A stretch of 21,966 nt of DNA from a virus, in IMG/VR virus record IMGVR_UViG_3300014913_000087, positions 1-21,966 of that record; one strand, 5' to 3'. A program made the translations under genes and the position numbers. The notes beneath the pieces are model-generated. The model made no database searches. It saw only the letters and a list, made by a program, of their open reading frames with translations, and was not told where the DNA came from. Shown here piece after piece: positions 14,538 through 21,966 of the stretch (positions are counted from its first letter, which is position 1; every line of letters starts with the position of its first letter).

Positions 14538-16430
14538 ATGATCAAGGTTGAGGGTAACGAAATAGTCCTCTATTCACAGGACGGCAGTCAAGTGCTCGGA
14601 AGATTCGCGTTTGGTGAGGGAGAAGAGTATCCCGACGAGGCGACAGCGCACGCGGCCGCCGAGGCGCGAGAACTGGAGATACAGACGCTGGCGCACGCGG
14701 CAGAGTCGCTGGTGTCGCCAGTGCCAGAGGAAGGACTAGAAGAGCCAGGGGAGGTGATTTCACCTTCCCCCCCATCGGTCATTGATTATCTCGTCGCTCG
14801 CGTGCATCGCGCCTTTACGGTAGAGGCGGACGAGATGCTAGCCGGGGGCACTGTGGTGCAGGATGAGCGCATCGCTCTCAGTAACTGCATCGGAGCTGCG
14901 CTCGACGTCTTTAACGCGACGGCGGACGAACTGGTACCGCAGCTACGAAGCCGCCCCGCCTACAGCGGGGAAGTTCCGTTCGTGGCCTCCGTGCGGCAGC
15001 GACGGCGCGCGTTGACGGATACTTGGGATCGGCAGTTGACCGAGTCCCGCGTGGATGAGCAAGGAAACCTCCACGGCATAGTGCTGATAGAGGGGAGGAG
15101 CGAGAACGGGAATGTCTACACCGTGGAGGCACTTGAATCAGCCATCGCGGTGTTCGCAAATCGTCCCATTTATGCGGATCATCCCACAAAGACAGAGCAG
15201 CGCGAACGCCCCGAGCGGTCGGTGCGCGACCTGGTGGGTAGCCTGCCATCGGCAGATAACTTTTGGGTAGGATTGGTGAAGGAAGGTCAGTTTGCAGGCC
15301 GGCACGCACTATTCTACCGAAATGGTCGCCTATCGAAAACTGCTGACTGGCTGGCTACATTGATACAGGAGAAAATCGCGGGCGCTCAGAGCATCAATGC
15401 AGTGGGCGCCGGACACTGGGACACAGGGAATTTCATCGTAGAGGCGTTCACCGACGCGATTTCGTTGGATTTTGTAACACGCGCCGCCGCCGGTGGTCAG
15501 GGACAACTCCAGGAGAGCAGCGGCGTTGGTGGTACTGCCAGAGACGTAATGGACACAGACATCGAGGAAGCCGTCGCGGCGGTACTGGCACAGATGACGT
15601 TGACAGAATTCGCCCAAGTCCGTCCAGACATTCTGAATCACATCACGCAACGGGAAAAGGACAAGGTATATCGTCAGCGTAAAACAGAGTCAAACAAGGA
15701 GGATACGGTAATGACCAAGCAAGCACAGGTACTAGAGGCACAAGTCCAGGCCCTGCGGCAAGACTTTGCGGGACTGGGCCGTCGCGTGCGGCAGATGCGC
15801 GCCGGCAGGGTGATCGATTCCGCGCTCGCGGAGTCCACGCTTCCGAAAGATGCGCAGCGCCGCGTGCGGCAGTTGATCGAGGGCCGCGTACAGCGGTTCG
15901 TTTTGCAGGAGCAGGAGGACGGTGAGGCGATCGATGTCGCGCCCATCATTGCTCCCGTGGGGGATGACTTGGACACCGGTGATGCTCCCACCATCGAGTT
16001 GCCGCCCGACGTGGCGGAGTTGAACGAGGATTTGCAGGCGCTGTGGCTGACCACGTACACGGAGGAGATCAGCGCGGGCACATCCGAGACCGACGCCGTA
16101 CACATCGCCTGGACTGCGGTAGTAAAGGCAGCCGAGGGAACTGCGGAGGAGGAGGAGTTGCCCCCCACCGCTGAGGAATTAGCGGACGAGGATGTGGTCG
16201 TCACTGAGGAAGCGTTGGCCCGGATGGTCAAGGCCGCGATCCGGTCGGAGGCGGCTTACCTGGCGCGCCACTCGAACGCAGGGCGCATCACGGGGCTTGG
16301 GGGAAGAGGAGGCGATAGCGCCACCACTGAAACCGACTCCGCGCAACTGGAAGAGGCCTTTGGGCGCCTGCTTCCCGAGTCGCAAGTCACAAGCGCTGTC
16401 AAGGGACGCTCTGTTGGCAGGCGCATCTAG
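14538..16430 (+). CDS. Prohead protease-scaffold polyprotein with extra N-terminal domains, 630 aa
   Basis: Protease core GRSENGNVY...IYADHP...RSVRDLVG...SINA...SLDFVTRAAAGG; acidic/coiled-coil C-terminal half; GAGGAGG RBS. Confidence 0.8.
   Translation: MIKVEGNEIVLYSQDGSQVLGRFAFGEGEEYPDEATAHAAAEARELEIQTLAHAAESLVSPVPEEGLEEPGEVISPSPPSVIDYLVARVHRAFTVEADEMLAGGTVVQDERIALSNCIGAALDVFNATADELVPQLRSRPAYSGEVPFVASVRQRRRALTDTWDRQLTESRVDEQGNLHGIVLIEGRSENGNVYTVEALESAIAVFANRPIYADHPTKTEQRERPERSVRDLVGSLPSADNFWVGLVKEGQFAGRHALFYRNGRLSKTADWLATLIQEKIAGAQSINAVGAGHWDTGNFIVEAFTDAISLDFVTRAAAGGQGQLQESSGVGGTARDVMDTDIEEAVAAVLAQMTLTEFAQVRPDILNHITQREKDKVYRQRKTESNKEDTVMTKQAQVLEAQVQALRQDFAGLGRRVRQMRAGRVIDSALAESTLPKDAQRRVRQLIEGRVQRFVLQEQEDGEAIDVAPIIAPVGDDLDTGDAPTIELPPDVAELNEDLQALWLTTYTEEISAGTSETDAVHIAWTAVVKAAEGTAEEEELPPTAEELADEDVVVTEEALARMVKAAIRSEAAYLARHSNAGRITGLGGRGGDSATTETDSAQLEEAFGRLLPESQVTSAVKGRSVGRRI
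15711..16430 (+). CDS. Nested in-frame scaffolding protein, 239 aa
   Basis: Perfect AAGGAGG (15696-15702) 8 nt before an in-frame ATG located just after the protease domain. Confidence 0.6.
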   Translation: MTKQAQVLEAQVQALRQDFAGLGRRVRQMRAGRVIDSALAESTLPKDAQRRVRQLIEGRVQRFVLQEQEDGEAIDVAPIIAPVGDDLDTGDAPTIELPPDVAELNEDLQALWLTTYTEEISAGTSETDAVHIAWTAVVKAAEGTAEEEELPPTAEELADEDVVVTEEALARMVKAAIRSEAAYLARHSNAGRITGLGGRGGDSATTETDSAQLEEAFGRLLPESQVTSAVKGRSVGRRI

Positions 16431-16459
16431 GCACCAGAAGAATCTAGGAGGATCAGGAA

Positions 16460-16840
16460 ATGGCAAAAAACATTTTGTATCCAGGACCAGGCGTCAGCTT
16501 GAAGCTGGCTGTGCCGGCAGGCGTGGTGTCGGGAGACCCAGTGATTATCGGAACTCCCACGTTCCACGTGCTGAACGGCGTGGTCATTACAGACCGCGAC
16601 AGCAACGGCGAGGCGACCGTCAAGTTGCCCGTCATGTTTGTCGCCGATTTGCCTGTCTACGGTCAGGATGGCGAAGGTGATGCTGCGGTGGAGATCGGCA
16701 ACACTGTCTGGATTGACTTTACGACTCTCCAATTGTCGCTGACAGGTGACGGTTCCTATGGCATCGCGCTAGAGGCCGTCGCTTCCGGGCAGACGGAGAC
16801 CATCCTCGTCGCTGTCATCGTTGGCTTAACAATGATGTAG
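16460..16840 (+). CDS. DUF2190-like capsid decoration/cement protein, 126 aa
   Basis: MAKNILYPG...AGVVSGDPVIIG...GVVITD pattern; lies between scaffold and capsid genes; AGGAGG RBS. Confidence 0.75.
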   Translation: MAKNILYPGPGVSLKLAVPAGVVSGDPVIIGTPTFHVLNGVVITDRDSNGEATVKLPVMFVADLPVYGQDGEGDAAVEIGNTVWIDFTTLQLSLTGDGSYGIALEAVASGQTETILVAVIVGLTMM

Positions 16841-16884
16841 CTTTCAGTGGACGAGCATATATCACACAGTAGGAGGAAATACAG

Positions 16885-18069
16885 ATGAAATTCAAACAAC
16901 TGTTAGAGGGCTTTAACGCGGCGCAGTCCGTGATGCACGAACGGTTCTCCTTCGGCGGACAGCCGGTCAGGAGTATGGCCCGGCGCATCCAAAGCCCTCA
17001 GTACGTGCAGTCTCTCGCTGAGGCTACTACTTTCGTCGCCGACGTCTTTGACGGCCGGCAGCCCCTGTGGATGCTGAAGGAAGCGATGAGCACCAGCGAC
17101 TTTCCGTTGCTGTTCGGCGATACCATAGATCGGCTGATGGTGGCCAAGTGGAAGGCCATCGAACCCACATGGCGCGATTATGCCAAGATCAGCACATGCC
17201 GGGACTTTCGGCCAGTGAAGCGGTTCCGCTGCACGCGCGGCGCGGCTCTCCTGCACGGCCCGATGTCACCAGGCGAGAGCTACAAAGGCGATGCGGTCGA
17301 CGAGAGCTACTATGAGTACTCTGTCGGTAAATATGGCCGCCGGCGCGACATCCTGTGGGAGGCCCTGGTGAACGACGACCTGGGCGCTCTGCGGGACGCA
17401 CCCGACGACCTAGCGTGGCAAGCGGTCAATACCGAGGCCTACGAGTTCACCCGGCTGTGGGCGGCTAACACTACGCTGTACGCCATCAACCACGCTGTGG
17501 CGGGGGTCAACTATAGCAACCTGGGCAACGCGGCGTTCGATGCAGATGCTCTGGCGGCTGCCATTGGCGAGATGGGCGAGTATCCCGCTGAGGATGGGGA
17601 ATCCCCCATCATGAACGACCCGTTGTACATCGTGGTGGGCACACGAACGATGCAGATGCGAGTGGAGCAGGTGCTCAACTCGCTCATCGTGGCATACACC
17701 GGCTCATCCGACCGGGACAATCTGCCCGTCGCCAACCTCATCCCCGCGCAATTGCGCAATACCATGCAGGTGCGGCTCAATCCGTGGATCCGGTTGTTTG
17801 ATACCGACTACCAGACGGCGTGGTATATCTTTTCCGATCCGGCCGCTGGCTACGCGGTAGAGTTCTCCTTCTTGCAGGGCCACGAGCTGCCGGAACTGTT
17901 CATGAAGAACAGCAACCAGGTGCAAATGGGTGGCGGCGCGGTCAGCCCGATGGAAGGAGACTTTGACACTGACGCGGTGGGGTACAAGCTGCGGCATTGC
18001 TGCGGCGGTAGCCACACCAACGCCGTCGGTGGCTGGCGCTTTACCTGGCGCTCCACCGGTACAGTCTAA
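16885..18069 (+). CDS. Major capsid protein (HK97 fold, Mu gpT-like), 394 aa
   Basis: EAMSTSDFPLLF, RDFRP, KYGRR...WEALVNDDLGAL, WYIF...FSFLQG motifs; strong AGGAGG RBS. Confidence 0.9.
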   Translation: MKFKQLLEGFNAAQSVMHERFSFGGQPVRSMARRIQSPQYVQSLAEATTFVADVFDGRQPLWMLKEAMSTSDFPLLFGDTIDRLMVAKWKAIEPTWRDYAKISTCRDFRPVKRFRCTRGAALLHGPMSPGESYKGDAVDESYYEYSVGKYGRRRDILWEALVNDDLGALRDAPDDLAWQAVNTEAYEFTRLWAANTTLYAINHAVAGVNYSNLGNAAFDADALAAAIGEMGEYPAEDGESPIMNDPLYIVVGTRTMQMRVEQVLNSLIVAYTGSSDRDNLPVANLIPAQLRNTMQVRLNPWIRLFDTDYQTAWYIFSDPAAGYAVEFSFLQGHELPELFMKNSNQVQMGGGAVSPMEGDFDTDAVGYKLRHCCGGSHTNAVGGWRFTWRSTGTV

Positions 18070-18093
18070 TCTATCTACGAGGAGGTTAGAACG

Positions 18094-18699
18094 ATGAAAC
18101 GACAGAATCACATCCGTTTGGGGTTGGCTATGCTGACAGCCGTTCTCGCGGTCGTGGCGTGCCTGTTTGCGATGCAGGAAGCTGCGCCGGTAGAGGCCGA
18201 CGCGATCACCAACTACTATGTGCGTACCGTGGCGGACGGAAACACCGGTTACACCAACGTGCTCGCCGACATACCCTACGGCGCGGCCGTAGGGGTCCCT
18301 ATCAACGCTGCGGATTACGGAAGCATCTCTTGGCAGGTGTCTCTCGATATCACAGGGACGAACGCTTACACTTCTGTTACAGTGGGCGTGTTCCCCTTTT
18401 ACAGCAATGAGATACCTGGCTCGTGTGCGAACGTGACTGAATGGTTCACCGGGACCGAGTACTTTATCCCGTCTACCATCGCCACGGGGACGTTGCTGTA
18501 CAACGGGCGACTCTCGTACTATGACGTGATCACGCAGGCCAAGATGCTAACTCCGTATGTGGATAACCAGGTGTTCGGCTTCCAGATGAATAACCTAGGC
18601 CGATGCGTGCGGCTGCAGATACTGGCCGTGGACGAGGTTCAAGGCCCGATGCTTTTCACGCCTACCGTGTACGCGCTGCTGCGGGACCGCTACAAATAG
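18094..18699 (+). CDS. Exported beta-rich protein with an N-terminal signal peptide, 201 aa
   Basis: Basic n-region MKRQNHIR, h-region LGLAMLTAVLAVVACLFAM, possible SPase I site VEA|D or lipobox VVA|C23; GAGGAGG RBS. Confidence 0.7.
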   Translation: MKRQNHIRLGLAMLTAVLAVVACLFAMQEAAPVEADAITNYYVRTVADGNTGYTNVLADIPYGAAVGVPINAADYGSISWQVSLDITGTNAYTSVTVGVFPFYSNEIPGSCANVTEWFTGTEYFIPSTIATGTLLYNGRLSYYDVITQAKMLTPYVDNQVFGFQMNNLGRCVRLQILAVDEVQGPMLFTPTVYALLRDRYK

Positions 18700-18741
18700 A
18701 ACCATCGCGGTGCTGACTGCAACGGAACACGAACTCTAATA

Positions 18742-18775
18742 TTGCGAGGGGTGGCCTCTCGGTCATCCCTCGCAA
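18742..18775 (+). promoter_or_regulatory. Strong 15-bp RNA hairpin without a U-tract, abutting the next RBS
   Basis: TTGCGAGGGGTGGCC-TCTC-GGTCATCCCTCGCAA; both non-Watson-Crick positions are G-U on the + strand. Confidence 0.6.
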
Positions 18776-18789
18776 GGAGGATAATACTA

Positions 18790-19128
18790 ATGACCAATCC
18801 ATTTGAACTACAACTCGGTACGTTGGAACTCGATACAAAGATCGTCGCGGTACTGGACGCAAATGGTTTCAAGTCTCTAGGAGACGTGCTGTGTGTAAGC
18901 CAGAAAGAACTCCTCAACGTTAAGGGTTTTGGAGAGAGTAGCCTTAAAGCGCTAAATCTCAAGCTGGGAAAACTGTTAGATGATGCCCTTGCCTGGGTGC
19001 CCCGCACATGTATCAACTGTGGGCAGGGCGCGAGGCCAATCATCTCCAACCCGCCAGATTTCGAGTGTCCGGTGTGCCATCACACCTGGACGATGCGGGA
19101 GGAGCGGGCGCCATTCAGGCGCAGGTAA
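18790..19128 (+). CDS. RNA polymerase alpha-CTD-like (HhH) domain fused to a Cys4 Zn ribbon, 112 aa
   Basis: LELDTKIVAVLDANGFKSLGDVLCVSQKELLNVKGFGESSL aligns ungapped by eye to the alpha-CTD consensus; CINC...CPVC follows; AAGGAGG RBS. Confidence 0.75.
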   Translation: MTNPFELQLGTLELDTKIVAVLDANGFKSLGDVLCVSQKELLNVKGFGESSLKALNLKLGKLLDDALAWVPRTCINCGQGARPIISNPPDFECPVCHHTWTMREERAPFRRR

Positions 19129-19133
19129 GCGAG

Positions 19134-19604
19134 ATGGCAGGAGTGACAAATCGGGGCAAGTTGCGGCTGCTGGAGATGGTGTTCCGGCAGGAGTTCGACG
19201 GGGGCGCGCTGCCGACGAATTTCTACGTGGCGCTAGTGACGGATGCTGTAGCGCCGACGCCGGACATTAACACGTTTAGCGAGCTGACCGAGATCGCGGC
19301 GGGGAACGGTTACACGACCGGTGGGTATTCGCTGACGCCGGGGGCGGTTGATTTCGATGTGCTGACCGAAGACGATGCCGAGAATCGGGGATACATCCAG
19401 GTGAAGGATGTGGTGTGGTTGGCAGTCGGGGGCGGGATGCCGTCCGCAGGGGACGGGGCGCGGTACGCGGTACTGCTCGATGACGCTGGGGTGGTGGCTG
19501 ATCGAGAGGTGCTCGGCTACTGGGACCTGGATAGTTCGCTGGCTGTCAGTGAGGGTCAGGTATTGACGCTGGCTGATTTAGAATTGAGATTGAACGAGAG
19601 CTGA
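19134..19604 (+). CDS. Probable virion structural protein, 156 aa
   Basis: FYVALVT...TEIAAGNGYTTGG pattern seen in phage virion proteins; ATG 5 nt after the previous stop. Confidence 0.65.
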   Translation: MAGVTNRGKLRLLEMVFRQEFDGGALPTNFYVALVTDAVAPTPDINTFSELTEIAAGNGYTTGGYSLTPGAVDFDVLTEDDAENRGYIQVKDVVWLAVGGGMPSAGDGARYAVLLDDAGVVADREVLGYWDLDSSLAVSEGQVLTLADLELRLNES

Positions 19605-20332
19605 TGGCATTTCCAGAAACGGGCATATTGGACGATTTTAATAGGCCCGACGAGGGTCCCCCCCCAAGCGTAAATTGGACAGGTTTCGGCGCACCCTATT
19701 ATATGGGTCTGCGAGTGGTCAGTAATCAATGCGCCGGATCGGTCGGGACTACTACACTCATCAGCGGCGCGGCATATTGGTCGGCTGCATTTTTTGGCCC
19801 GGATTGTGAGGCGTATGCCACGTTGAGCGACGTCGCTGTGTCCAGTTTTGATTTTCGGTTGATTGTGCGTGGTTTTAATTTTGGGATATCTCCGAATAGT
19901 TGGCAGGGATATGCGATGCGATATTACGAAAATGGCGGGAGTTATTACCTTGAATTAAAAAGGGATGAAACGCAGACCATTGAACGAATCACGCTTCCAG
20001 GAGCGTTATTGGTAGGAGATGCTATCGGTATTCGCGCATTAGGTACAGCAATCACGGGGTATTTGAAATATGCAGCCGGGAGCTGGACGCAGGTTTTGAG
20101 TGGAATCAACGCCGTTCATGGTGGTGCCGGAAATGTGGCGGCAATGATGATTCATTACAACGTGGATAGTATGGCGTTCGACGATTTCGGCGGCGGCGGT
20201 CTGGCATTGGTGAGTCCTGCTCCGGCTGTAGCTGTAGCGTCAACGTCTCTCGGTAGTGCAATCGCCACAGAGAAGTTAATCATGCTCACTCTACCATCAC
20301 GTAGATTTATGCTGAGGTTGCCCAAACAATGA
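19604..20332 (+). CDS. Probable virion accessory protein with a beta-sandwich (lectin-like) domain, 242 aa
   Basis: LDDFNR...NW start and DDFGGG end, Gly/aromatic-rich beta pattern; TGATG coupling. Confidence 0.6.
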   Translation: MAFPETGILDDFNRPDEGPPPSVNWTGFGAPYYMGLRVVSNQCAGSVGTTTLISGAAYWSAAFFGPDCEAYATLSDVAVSSFDFRLIVRGFNFGISPNSWQGYAMRYYENGGSYYLELKRDETQTIERITLPGALLVGDAIGIRALGTAITGYLKYAAGSWTQVLSGINAVHGGAGNVAAMMIHYNVDSMAFDDFGGGGLALVSPAPAVAVASTSLGSAIATEKLIMLTLPSRRFMLRLPKQ

Positions 20333-20637
20333 CTAGAGTGCGCGAGGTGATCGAAGGCCCGCAGTATCAGGGTAAGGACGAGGAGATCGTTTGGACGCTC
20401 GACATTCGCGCCTGGGGAGTCATGCCGACGAATATCACCGTGACGGTCTATGACGAGACTGGTACTGACGTGACCACCGCTGTCATGACCGGTTCACCAA
20501 CGACGCCGACTACCACGACGATAGCGCTACCGCTCTTACATTCGTTGACTCCTGACACACAGTACCGCGTCGAGGTTCAGTTCAATGCAGGAGCGCAAAC
20601 ACTGGAAGGCTATTTCATCATCATCGCGGAGGATTAG
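20329..20637 (+). CDS. Small beta-rich probable virion protein, 102 aa
   Basis: ATGA coupling; alternating beta-strand pattern (QGKDEEIVWTLD...YRVEVQF). Confidence 0.6.
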   Translation: MTRVREVIEGPQYQGKDEEIVWTLDIRAWGVMPTNITVTVYDETGTDVTTAVMTGSPTTPTTTTIALPLLHSLTPDTQYRVEVQFNAGAQTLEGYFIIIAED

Positions 20638-20640
20638 GAG

Positions 20641-21033
20641 ATGGCGTACTGTGACGTCACAGATGTAGAACAGTTGATGCAGACAAAGTTCACGCTCTCT
20701 GGTCATCCAACGCCGACTGACGTAGAGGAATTCGTGGACTTTACCGCCGCAAACCTCGATGGGGTTATTCAGGCCTCTGGCTACGCAACCCCCGTGACGG
20801 TCGCGACCGCAATAGCGCTGTTGAAAAAGTACAACTCCTTTGGCGCTGCGGTCGCGGTGTGGCACGCGGGCTACGTATCGGATACCGCACCCGCCCGCGT
20901 CGAGTACTGGCAGGAACAATACAATGGCTTTATCTCCCGGGTGCGCCGGGGCGAGCAGGAGTTGCCAGGCCTGACTCCGACGAGCGACCTCCAGCCAGCG
21001 TTCGAGATCGTCGCGTTCCCGGAGAGAGTGTAG
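20641..21033 (+). CDS. Head-tail adaptor (Mu gp36 / SPP1 gp15-like), 130 aa
   Basis: MAYCDVTDV N-terminus, helical body, size and position. Confidence 0.7.
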   Translation: MAYCDVTDVEQLMQTKFTLSGHPTPTDVEEFVDFTAANLDGVIQASGYATPVTVATAIALLKKYNSFGAAVAVWHAGYVSDTAPARVEYWQEQYNGFISRVRRGEQELPGLTPTSDLQPAFEIVAFPERV

Positions 21034-21035
21034 AG

Positions 21036-21572
21036 ATGGCTTATCCTAGCCTGCGTCGTTTCGGCCGCTCCCAGGGTCGCTTGACCGTCATCAAGGTGGT
21101 CGGGGGCGAGATGCACGTTCGCTTTGGGCAGCCCAATGTCGATGATTTTGCGACGCGCCTGGAAGAGCTTGGCTTGCGGATGCAGGACCTACAACCGGTC
21201 TTGGATAAATTTGGGCGCTATTTGGTCCGTGAACATATTCCCGGCCAATTCGCGGCTCAAGGACATCCTAAGCGTTGGGCTTCTCTATCGCCAGCGTATG
21301 CCCGGTGGAAGGCCCGCCATTTCCCAGGTCGCCCCATCCTGGTACGAACTGGCGCGATGAAGAGAGGCTTTCGCTACGAGGCGCGCAAACGTTCGCTGCG
21401 GGTGATCAACCGTGTCAAGGCCGGTCAGAAAGGGCGCGGCAAACCTCGCTGGTTTTATCATCAACACGGCACGGGGAACATGACCGCGCGACCTGTCCTC
21501 CAAATCACCGATGCCGACCGGCAAAAACTGAGCGAACTCGCGCAAGAGTACCTGGAGGCGAGTGGTGGCTAA
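21036..21572 (+). CDS. Virion morphogenesis / tail completion protein (Mu gpG / P2 gpS-like), 178 aa
   Basis: DLQPVL...QFAAQG...WASLSPAY...ILVRTG...YHQHGT...MTARPVL pattern; ATG 21036 preferred over the 20859 track start. Confidence 0.75.
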   Translation: MAYPSLRRFGRSQGRLTVIKVVGGEMHVRFGQPNVDDFATRLEELGLRMQDLQPVLDKFGRYLVREHIPGQFAAQGHPKRWASLSPAYARWKARHFPGRPILVRTGAMKRGFRYEARKRSLRVINRVKAGQKGRGKPRWFYHQHGTGNMTARPVLQITDADRQKLSELAQEYLEASGG

Positions 21573-21966
21573 CACACTCTACGTAAAGCGCGCCATCACA
21601 GATTACATCATAGAAACACTTGGTGGTGCGAACGGCCTGGATGGTATCCGGGTCTTTATCCGTGGGGCGCTCCCTTCGGGGATGATCCCGCAAGACAAGT
21701 ATCCTTTCTGCGAGGTCATCGTTGCCGAGGAGATCGAGGAAGAAGAAATGACCGGCAACTACTACCAGCAGGCGTACACCGGTATCATCACAGTCACTAT
21801 TCTGTTGACGCAACTAGCCGGCGGCGACTGGCTAGAAATCATTGGGGAACGTTGCGCGCGCGTACCGAGCTACGACCTGGTGGAAGAGTACGTCTACGCG
21901 ATGATGGCCGAGTTGCAAAAGAGCGACCACAAGAGCCTGGGCAATTTGACGATGAACGACGAGGCC
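21565..21966 (+). CDS. Probable tail terminator protein (partial, open at the right edge)
   Basis: GGAGG RBS (21554-21558), GTG 21565, frame open to the end (MANTLYVKRAITDYII...KYPFCEVIV...); follows the gpG-like gene. Confidence 0.6.
   Translation, partial: MANTLYVKRAITDYIIETLGGANGLDGIRVFIRGALPSGMIPQDKYPFCEVIVAEEIEEEEMTGNYYQQAYTGIITVTILLTQLAGGDWLEIIGERCARVPSYDLVEEYVYAMMAELQKSDHKSLGNLTMNDEA

Larger units (their letters stand above)
206..21966 (+). mobile_element. Tailed dsDNA phage / prophage segment (replication, packaging, lysis, head and head-tail modules); continues past the right edge
   Basis: Co-directional run of initiator + DnaC-like, TerS/TerL, portal, protease/scaffold, capsid and head-tail genes with extensive translational coupling. 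Confidence 0.92.

Noticed and set aside
16192-16680. 162-aa alternative-frame ORF spanning the scaffold end and the DUF2190-like gene
   Set aside because: Arg/Gly-rich off-frame composition with no RBS or slippery site noticed; both overlapped genes have their own signals.
1-21966. Transposable Mu-like phage, diversity-generating retroelement, tRNA/rRNA genes, or alternative genetic code
   Set aside because: No DDE transposase, reverse transcriptase, TR/VR repeat pair or cloverleaf was seen; intergenic gaps are very short, and genes are intact under the standard code.

Overview
The window is a co-directional (+ strand), tightly packed segment of a tailed dsDNA phage or prophage, with many ATGA/GTGA/TGATG stop-start overlaps. 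It opens with the tail of an integron-type gene cassette and a well-formed attC site (66-132). An early/replication block follows: SF2 helicase, minimal PolX, replication initiator with internal iteron-like repeats, DnaC/IstB-like loader, a tyrosine recombinase that looks chimeric and lacks its N-terminal domain, an ASCH protein, a DNA N4/N6-methyltransferase with large Zn-finger insertions, and an HTH protein. A palindrome/extended -10/terminator junction lies at about 7618-7684. The late block contains TerS, TerL, a lysis cassette placed between TerL and portal, portal, gpF-like protein, prohead protease with a nested scaffold, DUF2190-like protein, major capsid protein, an exported protein, an RNA polymerase alpha-CTD-like/Zn-ribbon protein, accessory virion proteins and head-tail joining proteins. 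Several small proteins resemble families I recall from Chloroflexota (Anaerolineae) prophages, so that host is a tentative inference. All product calls come from motifs recognised by eye; no database search or folding calculation was run.
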